The notes under the pieces were generated by a model. The model saw only the letters and a list, made by a program, of their open reading frames with translations. It had not been told where the DNA came from and did not search any database. Positions 11,257-30,305 of a stretch of DNA of 64,000 nt are shown in pieces (within the stretch, counting starts at the first letter, position 1; each line of letters starts with the position of its first letter). The position numbers were made by a program, and so were the translations under genes. The DNA comes from the human T2T-CHM13v2.0 reference genome, Homo sapiens. The stretch lies in the NCBI RefSeq assembly GCF_009914755.1, contig NC_060926.1. One strand, given 5' to 3'.

Positions 11257-13057
11257 CAAGTGTTTTTTTTTTCTTTCTCTCCAAATGATGAACACAGAGT
11301 TAAAGAAAAGGTGTTCAGACTTCGCTATCTAGTATTTATTCTGCACAGTGACTTTAAAACACCCCTGCAGGGGGAAGTCATTCACAGGACCATGTGTCAT
11401 TTCCCTGCGGTTCCTTTACACCCACACATGGAGGCGGGCAATTGCTATCTGCAGGGGACATAGCCATTGACACCAGAAGAGGAGCTGGGGGCTGGTTCTG
11501 GGGGGGTCCCGTGTGTGTCAGATGCCTAGTGTGACCAGGCCACAGCACAGCAGCCACCGCTGACAGTGACTTTGTGAATGGGCCTCTTCCAGGCCCTCTG
11601 TCTCCCAGCTCTCCCTCTGGGCATGTGAGAAAAACTAGTATGGGTATGGGAAATGAACCAAAGTCAGAAGCTAATCTGGCTTGTCTCCACCTGGACAAAC
11701 CTGTTCCCTGAAGTCTGTGACAATAATGAACATTGAAGCTTTAGAAAGAGCTGAAACTGATCATGGCTCAGAAAATGACGATGATTGGACTGGATATCAT
11801 GTGATCAACTTTGATGCCTCCATTGAGTTCAGGGACTTTCTTCTTCCCCTACTTACCCAACCTCATTCCCTCCCCATCTCCTTATTTTATGCAGGTGAGT
11901 GTTTTAGAATCTAATTGTTACCTTGATATTCCTAGTCTATCTCTTGGTTATTATTATCAATTTCCCCGTTCTCAAGTTTCTTGTAGACCCAGTTAAAGCA
12001 CAAACAAGACAATCCTGGAAAGCTTAAGAGATGAGTGACTTTTTAAAGTTTAACTTTATTCTAACCAAAAAAGCTTCACGTTCATTTAATTCCCCATATT
12101 CTAAGTTATTTGGAAATTTATACTTTAAAATGAAGTGAACTTTATAATGTAGTTTTACATTATATTTTTAGCTGTCTAACAAGGTTATTTCCTATCTGTA
12201 AACATAACTCAAATAAGTACTATAGATTTTATAGTTAATGAGGGAATGGCAGGAAACAGTTTTATTTAAGCCTTCACAATTTTTGAAGTATTAACCTGAA
12301 GAGCCTCGTGGGTGTGCAGGGCGCTCAAGCACCCGGAGCGCCCCCTATGCACTGCGTAAGTAATGGCATCCGCAGTGGAGGCTGGCTGGGCTCTGATCCA
12401 GGGTAGGACAGGACTGTCCATCCCCAGGGGTCAGAAGGGCTGAGAGGTATGTCCTATAGTTGGACAGGAAAAAGATCTCCAGTTTCTTTTCATTTTAAAC
12501 ATCCAGGCCACCAGAGAAGCCTTTGTCATAAACGATGGGGAAAAAATATCAGACCTCCGTGATTGCTGAAGGTGTAAGAAATACCGTCAGATTTTGGAGG
12601 TGATCTTAGAAAATCTGCCTCGGCTTCCTTATAGAATCCATGTAAGGTTCTCCCGGCTCTGCCTCACCCTGAGCAGGTCCCGGAAGGGGATAGATAGGAA
12701 GCCGTCGGACGTCTGGGCCTGAGGGTCCTGGGCTGCAGCTGAGGCCACTCCCCATCTGCGGTTCTATTTGCCTAGTGGGCAGGAATCCCCGCTCTCCTCC
12801 ACCAGCGGCCTGACTGTGTCTCAAAAAGGGGATAATTAATATAGCACGAGTTGATATGGGCACTGGGCACTGAACTCGATCGTGTAGCACACGTGGGCCG
12901 GGCGCCTGGCCCAGAGAGGATGCTCAGGAGGGCAGCTGCAGGAGCGAGCACGCTGCAGGGCGCTTGGGGAGCGCGGGCCAGCCAGGGGCGAAAGCCTGTG
13001 CTCTCGGAGTGAGAGTAGCCGTGGGAGGGCAGCCTCTGGGCTCCAGATTCTGGGGCA

Positions 13058-15760
<2,703 letters not shown>

Positions 15761-17668
15761 TCAAGACATCCCTTCCAGCACAGCTGAAAAATAATAGCTT
15801 AATATTAACTGCTTCTCATAAAAATATACTTTCACAGAGACACAGTTACAAGAAGCAAACCCTCATTTTATCCCGTACTTTGTGCTCATGGCTGTTAGCT
15901 GCCTCAGTAATTTAATTGGAATGGAACGTGAGAAATGTGTCATTTTTGAAGAATTTATGCATCACTTCCTAGAAATCTCATTGTGTTAACTAGGAGCCTA
16001 CTGCGTTCTGTTTAGAACCCATAATCACATTTTTATGTGTCTGTATTACGAGTTAATGTGACCTCCTGTCTTTAGCAGATAAAAAAAATGTTCTCTTGCG
16101 ATAACATCTGTATCAAACTCTGGCTTACATCAAATACGCCACAACCCTGGTTTTCCAAGGTTCTCCAAACTTACGAACTTTCTTAAGAGCAGGGAAAATA
16201 AATGTGAATGGAAAAAGCGTCTACCAAATGAATAATTACCCGCTAAATTAAAACCCTGTGTTAAACATAGTTGACAGCAAATACTGCATTCTCAATCATG
16301 TTTTTTGCTTACAAATTGCATTACAAAGAAATCCACCGTTTTTATCGGAGTGATTAAGCAAAGAATGTTAGGACTGCAGAAATACCATTCTGGAAAATTA
16401 GATGAAGGCTGAAAACCCAGCTAGTTACATTGCAATAGTAAATGTATAATTTTGTTAAAGAACACGTTTAACACACAAATGAGGATTGGGATGTTATTAT
16501 GGTATCATAAAAAATTCAACTGAAAATTATATTTATTTATAAACACATTAACTATAAACTGCACATATTTAATACAAAGGAAGCAGGCAATTCCATAATC
16601 AATATTTTAATTATTGAATTTTTTATTATGGCAGCACGATTCTATATGATAGTTTACGAATCTGTAGTTTTCGTAGGCTCCCCTCCCCTTTATCATGTGA
16701 GCTAAGATCTTCCTGTTTTCCTCCTTTTTAAATTCTGGGGAGAGTAGGTTGGTGGGAGAGGGTAAGACCGTTTGCTTATGGCGCCACCTGCAGGCCTCTC
16801 TGAAAATGAATTTCAATACCTATTCAATCTTCCGCAGGGTTCTAGATTCCTCAGGCTTATTTTAGCAATTTAGTGAAATTAATTTTTGTTTTAACAGAGA
16901 AAGATGTTAACAATTTCAACGCAAATCCCGGAGTTTGAAAAGGATTTTGATGTTCTCAAACTACACTTAAATCCTAGAAATGAGATGCAGTATTGACCAT
17001 AATTGAAATACAGGGGTTTCTGCATATCCCATCTGGACATAACAAATTTGACTAAGCAGTAATTTATCCTTAAAATAATGGAATAAAAGATACAACATTC
17101 CTGATTTATCCCTTGGCCCTTGGGCAGCCCTTAAAAGATGAAAAGCACTTGGCAAGCTAATAGCACCCGAAATTGTAGTGATTGAGCAGCTTCTTAGGTG
17201 CCTGGCGTGGACAGGAGGTGGGGGCACTGGAGTGGACCAGCTCATTCCGCAAGCCTGTATTTTACACCATTTCTGCAGAAGGTTAAGTGTTCTTTGCAAA
17301 AGTTCAACAGCCTGCCCCATCAGTGTGTGTCCAAAGGGTCATTTCAGAGATTGGAAATTTGACAATTATATACAGTTAACTGGGATCAGCAAATGCTCCA
17401 TAGACTTAAAGAGTCAGTGGCTTTGATTTTCTTTAAACCATACTGAGTCGATGATTATCAAGTAACTTAAATCAACGTAAATATACTAAAAAGGCAGGCC
17501 TAATGCTGGGTTCAGAGTTTTAAACATAACACGTCACACAGTACTGGGTCTGTGTACTAATTGCCTGTGGACTGTGGATTGTGTCTGATGGTCCAACCAT
17601 GAATGTTTCGTCCTGTCCTGGACATGGTTGGTGCGGACAGAGGCCAGCCTCCCCAGGACCAATATTAG

Positions 17669-17974
<306 letters not shown>

Positions 17975-18061
17975 CTTCTTTTTTAATTCTCTGTCGTCAA
18001 ATGACAAGTAATAATCAAAGACATTCAATAAAAGTTGGAGGCAAAATATTCCTCTGTTGTC

Positions 18062-18354
18062 TTTTTTTTTTTTTCTTTGACACAGGGTCTCACTCTGTCA
18101 TCCAGGCTGGAGTGCAGTGGTACAATCATAGCTCACTGGAGCCCTGACCTTCCAGGCTTAAGTGATCCTCCTGCTTCAGCCTCCTGAGTAGCTGAGACCA
18201 CAGGCGCATGCCACAATGCCCGGTGAATTTTCAAATTTTTGGTAGAGATAAGGTGTCACTGTGTTGCCCAGGCTGGTCTTGAACTCCTGGGCTCAAATGA
18301 TCCTCCTGCCTCCCAAAAGGCGGGGATTACGGGCATGAACCCCTGTGCCCGGCC
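18062..18354 (-). mobile_element. Alu (AluJ-like)
   Basis: Diverged Alu consensus with poly-T. Confidence 0.9.
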
Positions 18355-18708
18355 CTCTGCTATCTTTTTTTTTTTTTTTTAAAGTAGAAACAGCCAGTAA
18401 ACGCATCCTTTACTCTTTTGTTACTTTCTGAATTTTGAGCTGTGTGAATGTGTCATTAAAAACTAAATTTGAAATTAAAGGAAATAATTTAGGCCTTGTA
18501 GAATTGAGTTTAGGTAATACACTCAGTGAGAAAAAGAATGATGTTCAGTGTGAACTGTGTAAGAAAGGAAAACGTTTTTAGACCCTTTAATAAAACAAAC
18601 AAACCAACCAACAAACAAACCAGAATATATTTTGTTCACTGGAAAAGAAGTAAGCCAAGATAATTCTAGTCTTAAAGTAGAATGCCTCTTTAGATGTTTA
18701 TCAACTAG

Positions 18709-19258
<550 letters not shown>

Positions 19259-19945
19259 TGAGTGATGGGGGCAGATCCCTCACGAATAGCTTAGCACTAT
19301 CCCCTTGGTGAGGGATGAATTCTTGCTCTGGTGGTTCACGTGAGATCTGGTTGTTTAAAAGAACGTGGCACCTGCCCCCTCTTGCTCTCACTCCTGCTTT
19401 CACCATGTGACATGCCTGTTCCCCCTTCACCTTCCACCATGATTGAGCTTCCTGAGGCCCTCACCAGGAGCAGATGCTGACACCATGCTTCCTGTATAAG
19501 CTGCAGAACCCTGAGGCAATTAAAACTATTTTCTTTATATATTACCCAGCCTTAGGTATTTCTTAATAGCAATGTAAGAACAGACTAATATAGAAAATTG
19601 GTACCAAAGAGTGGGGTGTTACTATAAAGATACCTGAAAATGTGGAAGCGACTTTGGAACTGGATAATGGGCAGAGTTTGTAAGAGTTTGCAGGGCTCCA
19701 AAGAAGACAGGAAGATGAGGGAAAGTTTGGAACTTCCCAGAGACTGGTTAAATGGTTGTGACAAAATGCTGATAGTGATATGGACAGTGAAGGCCAGGCT
19801 GAGGAGGTCTCAGATGGAAATGAGGAACTTACTGGGAACGGGAGCAAAGGTATAACTGGTCACCCTTGTTATACCTAAGCAAAGAGCTTGGCTGCATTGT
19901 GTCCATGCTCTAGGGCTTTGTGGAATTTGAACTTAAGAATGATGA

Positions 19946-20371
<426 letters not shown>

Positions 20372-21676
20372 TGACGTAAAGTTGCAACTTATATTTGAAA
20401 GAGAATCAATGCATAAAAGTTTGGAAAATTTGCAGCCTAGCTGTGTGGCAGAGAAAGAAAAAACATTTTCAAGGGAGGAATACAAGCAGGCCATTAAGCA
20501 ACCATTTGCTAGAGAGATTAGAATGGCTAAAAAGGAGCCTAGTGCTAATGTCCAAGATAATGGGAAAAAGCACATTTCAGAGATCTCCAAGGCAGCCCCT
20601 CCCATCACAAGCCCAGAGGACTAGGAGGAAAGAATGGTTTTGTGGGGCAGGCCCAGGGCCCTGCTGCCCTGCACAGCCTCAGGACACTGTTCCCCGTATC
20701 CTGGCCACTCTGGCTCCAACATCAGCTCAACGGGGCCCAGGTACAGCTTGGGCTGCTGCTTTTGAGAGCACAAGCTGCCGTATACATTGGCGGCTTCCAC
20801 ATGGTGTTAAGACTGCAGGTGCACAGAATGCAAGAGTGAAGGAGGTTTGACAGCTCTCACTTAGATTCCAGAGAATGTATGGAAAAGCCTGGGTGCCCAG
20901 GCAGAAGCCTGCCACAGGGACAGAGCCTCCATAGAGAAACTCTACTAGGGCAATATGGAGGGGAAATACAGGATTGCTCAGCTGCTGGATGCAGTTGTGG
21001 GAAGGGGATCTCCACCCTCCAGACCCAAGAATGGTAGAGCCACTGGCAGCTTGCAACCTCAGTGTGGAAAAGCTGCAGGCACCTAACTCCAACGCGTGAC
21101 AGCAGCCATGTGGGCTGCATCCAGGGAAGCCATAGGGGTGGGGCTACCCAAGGCCTTGGAAGCCCACCCCTCACACCAAGATGCAGGATGCGGAGTCAAA
21201 TGAGATTGTTTTGGAGCTTTAAGATTTAATGACTGCCCTGCCATTACAGACTTGTGTGGGGCCTGTTGACCCTTTCTTTTGGCCAATTTCTCCCTTTTGG
21301 AATGGGAATGTACACTCAATTCCTGTACCACCATTGTATCTTAGGAGTAAATAACTTGTTTTTGACCTCCTAGGCTCATGGGTGGAAGGAACTCCAGATG
21401 AGACTTGGGGCTTGGGACTTTTGATTTAATGCTGGAATGAGTTAAGACTTTGGGAGGCTATTGCAAAGACATAATTGTATTTTGAAATGTGAGGAGGACA
21501 TGAAATTTGGGGTCTAAGGGTAGAATGATATGATTTGGATATCTGTCCTCTCCAAATCTCATGTGGAAATATAATCCGCAGTGTTGGAGGTGGGGCCTGG
21601 TGAGTGGTGTTTGGTCATGGGGCAGATCCCTCATGAATGGCTTAGTGCCATCCCCTTGGTGATGAGTGAGTTTTCA

Positions 21677-22194
<518 letters not shown>

Positions 22195-23419
22195 TTACCC
22201 AGCCTTGGGCATTTTTTATAGCAATGCAAGAACGGACTAATACACTTATCCATGTGGAATTATGCAAGTCCTTTAATTGTAGAACTTCCTAACACATGTA
22301 GCACAGAGCATAGCTAAACACAGTCACTGAAACAATATTTTTGTCAGGCATTTTATTTTTTTGCTTTAACAAAGCAATTTGCTAGCCGTAAATACTACAA
22401 AACTATGAATAAGTTCCATCTCATCTGATGATTAAGATAGGGCCAGAGAACCCACTAGCCATTTTTGTCTCAAAGAATCACAGCCATCCATAAATCAGGT
22501 ACAATATTCAACACATCTTGACAGCCACTAGAACCCAGGTGACTTAGAACTCATTTCTAGTGCCAGTTGATTTCCTACCCCTTCTCTTGCAGCTGTGATG
22601 TCATGTTCCTGAGAAGTTAGGGGCAGAGTGAAGGATTCTTTCCAGCTGAGGAGGTTCAGTTAATTACTGTGTGACTTGGTCCATGCTGACCAAGAGCACT
22701 TGGCTGAAGGTCTGGTTGCCATAGTTCATATGATATTGACTTGGCAGGGTGGGACTAAGGGAATGCTCATCATAGAAATCACCTGACTGCCTGTGGGACA
22801 CTGATGAGATCGATGGCCAGGGAAGCCACACAGTGCACAAACTGCCACCCGCCCTGGGAATACGACAGCCCCCGTTCAACACAGGCCCATAGGCAGAGAG
22901 AACATGGCCAAGAATGGGGCCCTTCTCTCCATGCCTTCCTCATATGCCCAAGTTTCTCCAGCAGCCTTGAGACAACTTGTCCTATACTTGGCTGTGAGCA
23001 CCACAAGCAGGAGGGCACCAGTCAAGTCTGTCTTGTTGATGATGGATCCTTGGCCCCAAGCACTGGGCTCCACCCCCGGCAGACTTTCAAAAGTGATAGT
23101 TAAATGAATGAGCAAATGTCAAGAAAAAAAAAAAAAAAAAGAAACCCAGAAAATAGTAAGTGTTGATGAGGATGTGGGGGAATTGGAACTCTTGCGTATT
23201 GCTGGTGGGAAGGTAAAATTGTGCAGCTGCTATGGAAAATAATATAGAGGTTCCTTAAAAGATTAAATCCAGAACTACCATATCATCTGGCAATCCCACT
23301 TCTGGGTATACATCTAAAGGAATTGAAAGTAGGATCTGGAAGAGCTGTTTGCACACCCATATTCATTGCAGCATTCTTCACCATAGCCAAGAGGGGGAAA
23401 CAGTCTAAGTGTCCATTGA

Positions 23420-23783
<364 letters not shown>

Positions 23784-23806
23784 CTATCAGCTCTTAAAAA
23801 GAAAGA

Positions 23807-24105
23807 GGCCAGGCCTGGGGGCTCATGCCTATAGTCTCAGCACTTTGGGAGGTCGAGGTGGGAGGATCACCTGAGCCCAGGAGTTCAAGACCAGCTAGAG
23901 CAACATGGCGCGAGACCCTGTTTCTACAAAACATTTTTCTTTTTTTTAGTTAGCCAGATACGGTGGCGTGTGCCTGTGGTCCCAGCTACTCAGGAGGCTG
24001 AGGCAGGAGGATCAGCTGAACCCAGGAGGTCAAGGCTGCTGTGAGCTGTGTTCATGACACCGCACTCCAGCCTGGGTGACAGAGTAAGACCCTGACTCCA
24101 AAAAA
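23807..24105 (+). mobile_element. Alu (AluJ-like)
   Basis: Alu consensus, diverged. Confidence 0.9.
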
Positions 24106-24390
24106 AGGAGGAGGAAATCCTGTGGCATGCTACATGAATGAATGTTGAGGACACTACGCTGAATCAAAGAAGCCAGCTGCAAAAGGACAAATATTGTATG
24201 ATTCCATTTAGTTGGAGGTATTTAGGGCAGTCAAAATTATGGGCAGTAAGTAGACTGGTGGCTGCCAGGGCTGGGGGGAGGGGAAACAGGGAGTTGCTTT
24301 TCAATGTGAAAAAGTTCTAGAGAACTATTACACAGCAGTGTGAATCTATTTAACACTACTGAACTGTACACTTAAGATAGCTAAGAGGAA

Positions 24391-24697
24391 TTTTTTTTTT
24401 TTTTTTGAGATGGAGTCTCACTCTGTCTCCCAGGCTGGAGTGCAGTGGCACGATCTCTGCTCACTGCAATCTCCACCTCCCAGGTTCAAGCAATTCTCTG
24501 CCTGAGTCTCCCGAGTAGCTTAAATTACAGGTGCCCGCCACCACGCCTGGCTAATTTTTTTTTTTTTTTTTTGTATTTTCAGTAGAGACGGGGTTTCACC
24601 ATCTTGGCCAAGTTGGTCTTGAACTCCTGACCTCGTGATCCACCCGCCTTGGCCTCCCAAGTGCTGGGATTACAGGTGTGAGACACCGCACCCGGTC
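24391..24697 (-). mobile_element. Alu (AluS-like)
   Basis: Alu consensus. Confidence 0.92.
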
Positions 24698-25023
24698 GGG
24701 AAAATTTTATATTATGTGCTTTTTACCACAATAAAATGTAAAAAAAAAAAAAAAAATTAAAAATAAATCAACAAATGAGTGAATGGTTTATTCCAAAGGA
24801 ACTTCATGGATTAACTCTTCCCCGGAGCATCTGAATTTAAAAATTCTTAGGGGTGAAAATAATGAAAAAGAAATAAGTCCTCCATGTTGGCAAAACTTCA
24901 GGCAGCTATGGGGGGACCTTTGGGGATCACTGTGAGAATCGTGTTGCTGTTTTTAAGCTGCAATTTGGGGAAAAATAAGCTTTTGGAAACCTAATAATTG
25001 ATTATTATTTATTAGATTTTTAG

Positions 25024-25585
<562 letters not shown>

Positions 25586-25825
25586 GTCAGTATGTTTTAA
25601 AAGAGCTCTGCCTTCTTCCAGGACTCTTAAATACATATTTAAAATTTTAGAAAGTCAGCCAAACTGTTTTCTATAGTAGGGTGGGGTGGAAGGGGTGGCT
25701 GGAGGGTATAGTCTTAGAAGACAGGCATATTTCCATTTTCAGAATTCAATGAGGACTGTGCTCCTTAGAGGCCATGGTGGCTGTATTTCTTACTGTTCTT
25801 ACCCTTGCTATTTAAATAACATTGC

Positions 25826-26120
25826 TGGCTGGGCATGGTGATTCATGTCTGTAATCTCAGCACTTTGGGAGGCTAAGGCAGGCAGATTACTGAGCCCAGG
25901 AGCTCAAGACCAGTCTGGGCAACAAAGCGAGACCCCATCTCTACAAAAAATAAAAAAATTGATGGTGTGCACCTGTAGTCCCAGCTGCATGGGAGACTGA
26001 GGCAGCAGGATCCCTTGAGTGCAGAAGGTCGAGGCTGCAGTAAGCCACATTCAAGCCACTGCACTCTGGCCTAGGTGACAGAGTGAGACCTTGTCTCAAA
26101 AAAAAAAAAAAAAAAAAAAA
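25826..26120 (+). mobile_element. Alu (AluJ-like)
   Basis: Alu consensus with poly-A. Confidence 0.9.
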
Positions 26121-27264
26121 TTTGCTATTTTTTTCCCCATTTTTTACAGTCTCTATCTTAATATTGGGCTGTTTTCTTTTTCTAATGATAAAACAATCCT
26201 AATAACAGAAGGAACCATTTATCAAGTTCTTTCTCTGGGTTGGGCTCTGGGCCTGGGTTTTTGCAGTTTCTCTGCTCAGTGGGGCCTGCAGATCAGGATC
26301 CAAGGTTAACAGAAACATCCAAATGCTTGGAGCCACAGAATCTGGGCCCCACTCCAAACCTCTAGAGTCTGAATCTGCATTTCAACAAGATCCCTTCAAA
26401 TTTGGTGAAGACCTGCCTTACACCAGACATCTTACTAATTCCTAAGTAAGTGAGAGAGGCGCAGATATGTTCACTTCCCAGGTAAGCAAATTGAACCAAT
26501 TTCAGTTAAGTCATTGTTCTTGGTCAGTGGAGAAGCTCTGAACCTATCTCTAAGGTGTTACCTTGGGCTGCTACTCATCTTCCAGTGTATTGCTTCCCTT
26601 TCCAGGACAAAGCAATCTTCCTAGAGTCCCACTGAGACCAAACCTGCTCACTTGCTTCGTGGTTCCTCACAGCCTGTCCAGTGAAGTTCAGAATACTTGG
26701 TCTGGAAGCCAAGTACCTCCTGATCTGCCCCCACCTTCTCTAGCCTTGCCTCCTTCCAGCTGCCAAAGCATGGGGATCCTCCTAGCCAGGAGGATAAATC
26801 ACTATCCCTCCATGGAACCCTGTACTTCCCTGCACACCTGCCTTCATTCAAGTTTTCCTTTGGAGGCAGTGGTAACTCCTGAAAGTCTATGTAGGAGAGG
26901 CTTGGGGAGAGTCATCTGCCTGGGATGGGGATCTGAGGGGTCTTGAAGCTGGGTTTACGTAGCCCTTTTGTAGGACAGATCAATTGTCCATCTCAAAGGG
27001 TGGGTGAAGGTGGGTCAGCTGATGGAGCTGGGGGATGCTGTCTTATCACTCCCTGGGCAGGTCCACTGTGTTAAAACTTGATTGTCCACCAAGGTGCACC
27101 CTGGCTAACTCCTTCATGATGTCCATCCTCACTTCCTGGGCTCTGCCTGGGCCCCCCTTTCACTCCATGATGGGCTTTACTTATGGTGCATATAACATCC
27201 CACCTCACCCTGCAGTTATTTGCTGGGGTCTGAATTCCCTTTCCAGATTCTACCAATGGGAGGG

Positions 27265-27663
27265 TGGTATGGTTTGTATATTTGTTCCCTCCTAATCCCA
27301 TGTTGAAGTTTGATCCCCAGCATTGCAGGTAGGGCCTCATGAGAGGCGTTTGGGTCACAGGGCCTTGGTGACCTCCCTGCAGTATTGAGTCAGTTCTTGC
27401 TGGATTAGTACACTTGGGAACTGATTGTTAAAAAGCCCAGCACCTCCTTCGCTCTCCCTTGTCCCTCTCTTGCCATGTGACACACTGGCTCCCTTTCATT
27501 TTCTGCCATGAGTAAAAGCTTCTTGAAAGGCCTCACCAAAAGCACATGCTGGCACAATGCTTCTTGTACAGCCTGCAGAACTGTGAGCTGAATAAACCTC
27601 TTTTCTTTATAAATTGCCCGGCCTCAGCTGTTCCTTTAGAGTGATGCAAAACAGACCAATACA
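27265..27663 (+). mobile_element. Solo MaLR LTR (MST family)
   Basis: TG.TATGG...CCAATACA termini; TSD GAGGG on both sides. Confidence 0.88.
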
Positions 27664-27779
27664 GAGGGAGTGTCTCCTCTGAGGTTCATTGGGGCAGCAC
27701 CTTGCGCTGGCTGTAATGGAAAAAAGAGAGCCACTGCTTGTCCTTGGAGGATGAACATGAAGAGTCTTTGCTTTAAAAT

Positions 27780-28260
27780 ACAGTGTATTCATAGAAAATT
27801 TGATGTCTCATAGGGCCAACAGATCAGGAGATGACTGCTATTGAAAAGGTGTTTTATTGATCATTGTTCCTAAGAGGAGAGGGTATGCTATGACATGGGG
27901 GCAGCCCATGAGGAAGCCCCAGGGTCTTTCAGGAGGCAGGGGAGGAATGGGCAAGAGAGGGCAAGGCTGAAGTTTGTCTAGTTTGGATAATTTCAGCAGA
28001 CTCTGGGGCATAGGACTTTCCCAAGTTGTGTGGCACTTGCTCTGGAGTAGACAGTGGTCTGGCATGTGAGAAAGAGTGGGATATAAGAGGTGGTTGAGGT
28101 GTGGGCTCTGGGCTCCAGATTGGTTGGCTAACATTGGAAAAGCATGCTTTGTGTGGAATTGTTTACTGTTGCTAAGAACCAGCTAAGCCTGGTGGGTGGG
28201 GGGCAGTCAGTTCCTCCTGGGTCAGCAAGGCCCCAGATGTCAAAGCATCTGAATAGAGAA
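27780..28260 (-). mobile_element. ERVL-type LTR (MER73/MER74-like)
   Basis: Reverse complement contains gatgctttgacatctggggccttgctgaccc, which I recall as the MER74-family 5' motif. Confidence 0.6.
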
Positions 28261-28264
28261 AGTA

Positions 28265-28535
28265 AGCTGGGGGAGGGGGCTCACTCCTGCAATTCCAGCT
28301 ACTCAGGAGGCAGAGGCAGGAGGATTACGTGAGGCCAGGAATTAGAGCCTGGGCAACATGCGAGATCCCATCATCTATATAAAATAGAAAAAATGATCCC
28401 AGTGCAGTGGTGTGCACCTGTAGTCCCAGCTACATGGGAGGCTGAGGCAGGAGATCACTTGAGCCAAGAAGGTCGAGGCTGCAGTGAGCTATGATTGCAC
28501 CACTGCACTCCAGCCTGGGTGACAGAGTGAGATTC
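28265..28535 (+). mobile_element. Alu (AluJ-like)
   Basis: Diverged Alu consensus. Confidence 0.88.
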
Positions 28536-29171
28536 TGGCATATATATATCTGGGCACGTGGAACCAACATACGTTTTCTTCCTAGCCAGACACTGATGGG
28601 ACAAGCAGGCTTTTCTATGGCTAACTGATCCCAGATAAGTGCACTGGAGAGAGATGCACCATTTTGTGGGAACCACCCTCTACCCCAAGGTGTATATATA
28701 TATGGAATAGAGAAAATAAGACAAGGTTGATATAGTCCTTGTTGTCTAGAGCATCTCTGTTGGCATGTGACGCTCAGGCTGAGCTGAAGGCCCCTTTGAT
28801 CAACCTGTGTCTGTTCCTGGCATCTGACTTCCCAGACTGTTCCTGGAGCTGGAGCAGTGGCTTTTGGTGAGGGTGTCACATGAAGACTCACACAGGATGG
28901 AAACTTCCATTCACCATCCTGCCGGTGTCCTCCGGGGGAGCTCTGGGCTGTAATATGCTTGGGAGCACTGAGAGCACCGACAGGCCCTGGGCAGGTGCAC
29001 GTGCCTTGGTTGCAAGTGTCCTTTCTCAACATGCAGGTCCGTTGTGATCTAGGGTACAGAGTTTCCCCGGGTGGTCGGGCCCCAGCGGGGTGAGAGGCCT
29101 CTCTGTGAGGGGACGGTCCCAAGGCTCAGGGGCAGCATGAGGGCTGCTAACACACTGGAAAAATACATATA

Positions 29172-30305
29172 CAGTAGGTCCTTAAATAATGTTTTGTTTA
29201 ATGTCATTTTATTATAACACCGATAAGAAACAAAACTGATTCGGCAGGGCATGGTGACTCATGCCTGTAATCCCAGCACTTTGGGAGGCCGAGGCGGGCA
29301 GATCACCTGAGATCGGGAGTTTGAGACCAGCCTGACGAACATGGAGAAACCCCGTCTCTACTAAAAATAAAAAATTAGCCGGGCGTGCTGGCACATGCCT
29401 GTTATCCCAGCTACCAGGAAGGCTGAAGCAGGAGAATTGCTTGAACCTGGGAGGCGGAGGTTGCGGTGAGCCAAGATTGCGCCAGTCTCAAAACAAACAA
29501 ACAAACAAACAAAAAAACAAAAAAGAAACAAGACTGATTCCTGGGCAAGGCCACTGTCTGTATGGGTTTTCTCTGGGTGCTCCAGTTCCCACCCACATCC
29601 CAAAGCTGAGCAAGTGAGGTGAGCTGTCGTGTCTGAATTGTCCCAGTGTTGTGTGTGGGTGGGTGGGTGTGGGGGTGTGTGAGCACCCTGCGATGGAATA
29701 GCACCCCGTCCAGGCCTGGTTCCTGCCCTGCACACTGAGTTGCTGGGGTGGACTCTGGCCACGCACGACCCTGAACTAGAATAAGCACATTAGAATATGA
29801 ATGAATGAATGAATGAATGAATACAAATTATTGTAAAGTAAAAATTCATAAGGCATACAATAATCATCCAAATGCATGACAATAAATGATGCGGTATGAG
29901 AGGGCCTAGCAAGCCTGCCACATTGGTGACTGTTCTGAACTTCGTGGTGGTAGGAGGTGCTCCTGACAAGGTTCGTTTTGCAAACATTTATTCCTTGATC
30001 TAACCCACCAGCAGGACAACCACCATCACATACTGATTCACCAAAAATTGGGTAAATAATTATCTTACTTGTTATTAATCTCTTTTAAAGGTATGTGTAG
30101 CTTGCCTTTATTTCAATCTTTACTATTAGAATTGTATTGGTCTTTATTTAGAAGTGTGGTGATCTTTTTGTGACCAGAAATATGCTGTAGGAACATCATT
30201 CTTGTTTATATCAATTAACCTTGGGAAAACTGGCATTGTTATACCTCATTTAGCTTAAAGCTGGTTCCCTAGAACCTATCGAAGACCTTAAGTGAGGACT
30301 CACTG
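29172..30305 (+). mobile_element. MER6 (TcMar-Tigger DNA transposon) interrupted by an Alu
   Basis: Inverted termini cagtaggtcct...aggactcactg flanked by TA TSDs; internal ggccactgtctgt...gggttttctctgggt...cacatcccaaag. Confidence 0.8.
29242..29523 (+). mobile_element. AluSp-like element with a 3' deletion and (AAAC)n tail
   Basis: Alu consensus; TSD aagaaacaa(a/g)actgattc. Confidence 0.9.
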
